Below, in pieces: positions 61,654 through 64,000 of a DNA stretch of 64,000 nucleotides. The DNA is from Antedon mediterranea (taxonomy: Eukaryota > Animalia > Echinodermata), in the NCBI RefSeq assembly GCF_964355755.1, contig NC_092672.1:33486437-33550436 (forward strand), given 5' to 3'. Under the pieces are notes generated by a model that saw only the letters and a program-made list of their open reading frames with translations, had not been told where the DNA came from and made no database searches. The translations under genes and the position numbers were made by a program. Each line of letters begins with the position of its first letter. Within the stretch, counting starts at the first letter, position 1.

Positions 61654-63697
61654 ATGACTAAATATGGATTAGAAAGCGATAGTCTAGTCTCTCTGCCACC
61701 AGTGTCTGAGGTATAGTGTTGAACCCCCTTGTCTTTTGAGTAATTAATTTTCTCTGTACAAATAACTTTAAGGTATCGTTGTCTAGATATTCCACTCATT
61801 TTCACTCATTCTATCTAATAAACCTCTATTTATCAAACTGTGCTCATACTTTTGGTCAAACTAGTTTGATAGTGTAGACAGAGCTTTACACAAATTGCTA
61901 AGGATAACCATAAGTGAATTAATTCATTATCTTCTTAAACATCCTGACATCTAACGGGATTTGGACGTAGGAATTCGAAAATCTTTACTTTACAGTCACA
62001 ATTTTTATAGATTTATTGCTTTGCTTATTTAAGTTTACTTAAGTTGTATACTGAAGAAGTTTATTATTTATGTCATGTTGGTATTTCTGAACGTTGTGAT
62101 AAAGCTACGGTATTCAAACAATATTCAGTGACAACAGTGCATAAAGACTTTGTTAAGAAAATAATAATATAGCTGGCCTAGCATGATGGTCAATCAAAGC
62201 TTTTATACATTTTCAGGGACGAATTACTACTTGTTTGCTGGTGTCTTCGTTTGCGGCAGCCATCGGTACATCTGTAGTCCTGGGCTACAACTTAAGTGCG
62301 ATGACCGGACCTTCTGCTGTATGTTTGAAATATTATTATTTTATGTTGTAATAGAAGAAATACCCGGCCTGAGCGGGTTCTCCTCCTCACCAAAGTATTA
62401 AAAAAAAACTTCCAGTACAAGCTTGATAACCACATTATCCTATTGTTTTAAGTAAAAAAAAAACATTTCAGTCACAACGAGTTATTTAAATCAATCGTTC
62501 CATTTTTTGTACATTTCTTTTGAAACATATGCATTTTTGTTTTCTGAATTTGTGTATTTAGTTTCAACTATCTCTCTTTCTTTAAAGGACAACTTACACA
62601 GACAAGCGATAACGGTAAGCGGAACACCGCGTAGTTTGTCCCACATATAGAATCGTATCCAGTCTGAGCGGACACCACTCGACTGCTCCGTCATGTTGTG
62701 TAATGGTCATGAGGAACATTTTATTACCGTTACCACTCGTCCGTGTCAATTGGCCTTTATTCCCTTTTCTCCTGTTTACAGTTTATTATTATTTTCATTA
62801 CACTAACAAATATGATATCAGTTTGATCATGTGTATATTTTCGCCTACAGTTTATACAGACATTCTATAACCAGTCTCACTTTGACCAATATGGAGAATA
62901 TATTTTTGAGAATCAAATCCTGTTGCTTTGGGCCATTACTATTACCATAATCAGCGTAGGAGGATCCGTTGGAGCACTTTTAGCAACTCCCATTTCTAAT
63001 GCTATTGGAAGGTAATTTGAGGTGGTTCGGTCTAGAGGCGGAGTAGCTTTGTTGTTGTTCATTTTCTTCATTATTCCATCGCGTCTTTAACATTTCCATT
63101 TTCACAGCGCACCACGCGATTACAAAACTGTCCAGTCAATAAAATACATATGAGCATGCGCAGAATGAGATAGGTACAAAGGTAACGCGTACAAAACTAT
63201 TGAACATCGTATTACATCACACACTGTATACTGTACTAACATCGTATTAACGTCACATAATTGTATACTCGTATCACTATTACGTAACACATTGTATACT
63301 AACATCATACCTCGTCACACATTGTATACCAATATCGTATTGCCTCGCATATTGATACTATTTTTGTATCGTGTTGTATAATATCGTATTACGTCACACA
63401 TTATATATTATATCATATTACGTCACACATTGTATATTATATCGTATTGCGTCACACATTGTATATTATATCGTATTGCGTCACACATTGTATAACTATA
63501 TCGTATTACGTCACACATTGTATAACTATATCGTATTACGTCACACAATGCAGTTCTGTTTCTTTTCTGTAGACGAAGTGCGATACTTGTGACGTGTGTT
63601 GTATCCATTATTGCATCCATTTTTATGGGCATCAGTCAGCGTGTAAATATTTACCAACTCGTTTTTGTAGGTCGATTTATTATTGGTATCTCGTCAG
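61654..63697 (+). CDS. SLC2A/GLUT-family transporter, tandem paralogue C, first four exons (continues beyond the window)
   Basis: Exons 61654-61710, 62217-62318, 62851-63011, 63573-63697; same sizes (57/102/161/125) and phases as A and B; no stops. Confidence 0.88.
63200..63550. repeat. ~29-30 bp minisatellite (ATCGTATTACGTCACACATTGTATAACTAT) in GLUT-C intron 3
   Basis: About 11 copies; shorter homologous arrays at ~41957-42030 (A) and ~52720-52835 (B). Confidence 0.9.
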
Positions 63698-64000
63698 GTA
63701 ATATATTATATTCCTCGATTATTATACAAATATTGACTGCTTAGAGGTTTATTATACTATTTGCGGTCCTCTGAGGCAACTGTATTGCAATTATGATGTA
63801 ATTGATGACTAAATAAATGTTGAATAAAAAAAACACTATGCAATTATAATAAAATATTTACTGAACTACTCCACAAGAGAATACAATCACATAAAATAGA
63901 ACCTATATTTGTAGATATTATGTAGAAATACGTTTTAACGCTACGGCCAACTCTCTATGAGTTCTAGTGTAATTTATCTTGTTTTATTAGTACCTTATTT

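Noticed and set aside
5417-63697. Assigning specific symbols such as SLC2A1, SLC2A5, SAMD11 or DEAF1
   Set aside because: Family membership is clear, but one-to-one orthology cannot be determined without a phylogeny.

Overview
AT-rich (roughly 32% GC by eye), intron-rich animal genomic DNA; the repeat landscape suggests a marine invertebrate, possibly an echinoderm, but this is inference. Most entries in the ORF track are exon fragments or spurious. Splicing by hand on GT-AG sites with phase checks gives: (1) a complete 11-exon SLC2A/GLUT transporter on the minus strand (5417-13794) with a probable alternative first exon at 16722-16844; (2) a 10-coding-exon SAND + SAM domain nuclear protein on the plus strand (23914-35089, ~553 aa); (3) three tandem divergent GLUT paralogues on the plus strand (A 39086-46530, B 50131-57340, C 61654 to beyond the window end). 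Introns and spacers hold PIF/Harbinger-like MITEs, TTAA-flanked elements, SINEs, truncated LINEs and minisatellites. The most unusual items are a Helentron/HINE-like element carrying four tRNA-Val(AAC)-like copies (14541-15775); a 1.66 kb foldback of 11 nested hairpins inside a LINE that itself inserted at the GLUT-B stop codon; substrate-pocket changes and a sorting-motif microexon in the tandem GLUTs; a NuRD-type RKQxxPQH motif in the SAND-SAM protein; and strong excess of the 8-mer TAGGCCTA. No CRISPR, rRNA or prokaryotic system is evident.
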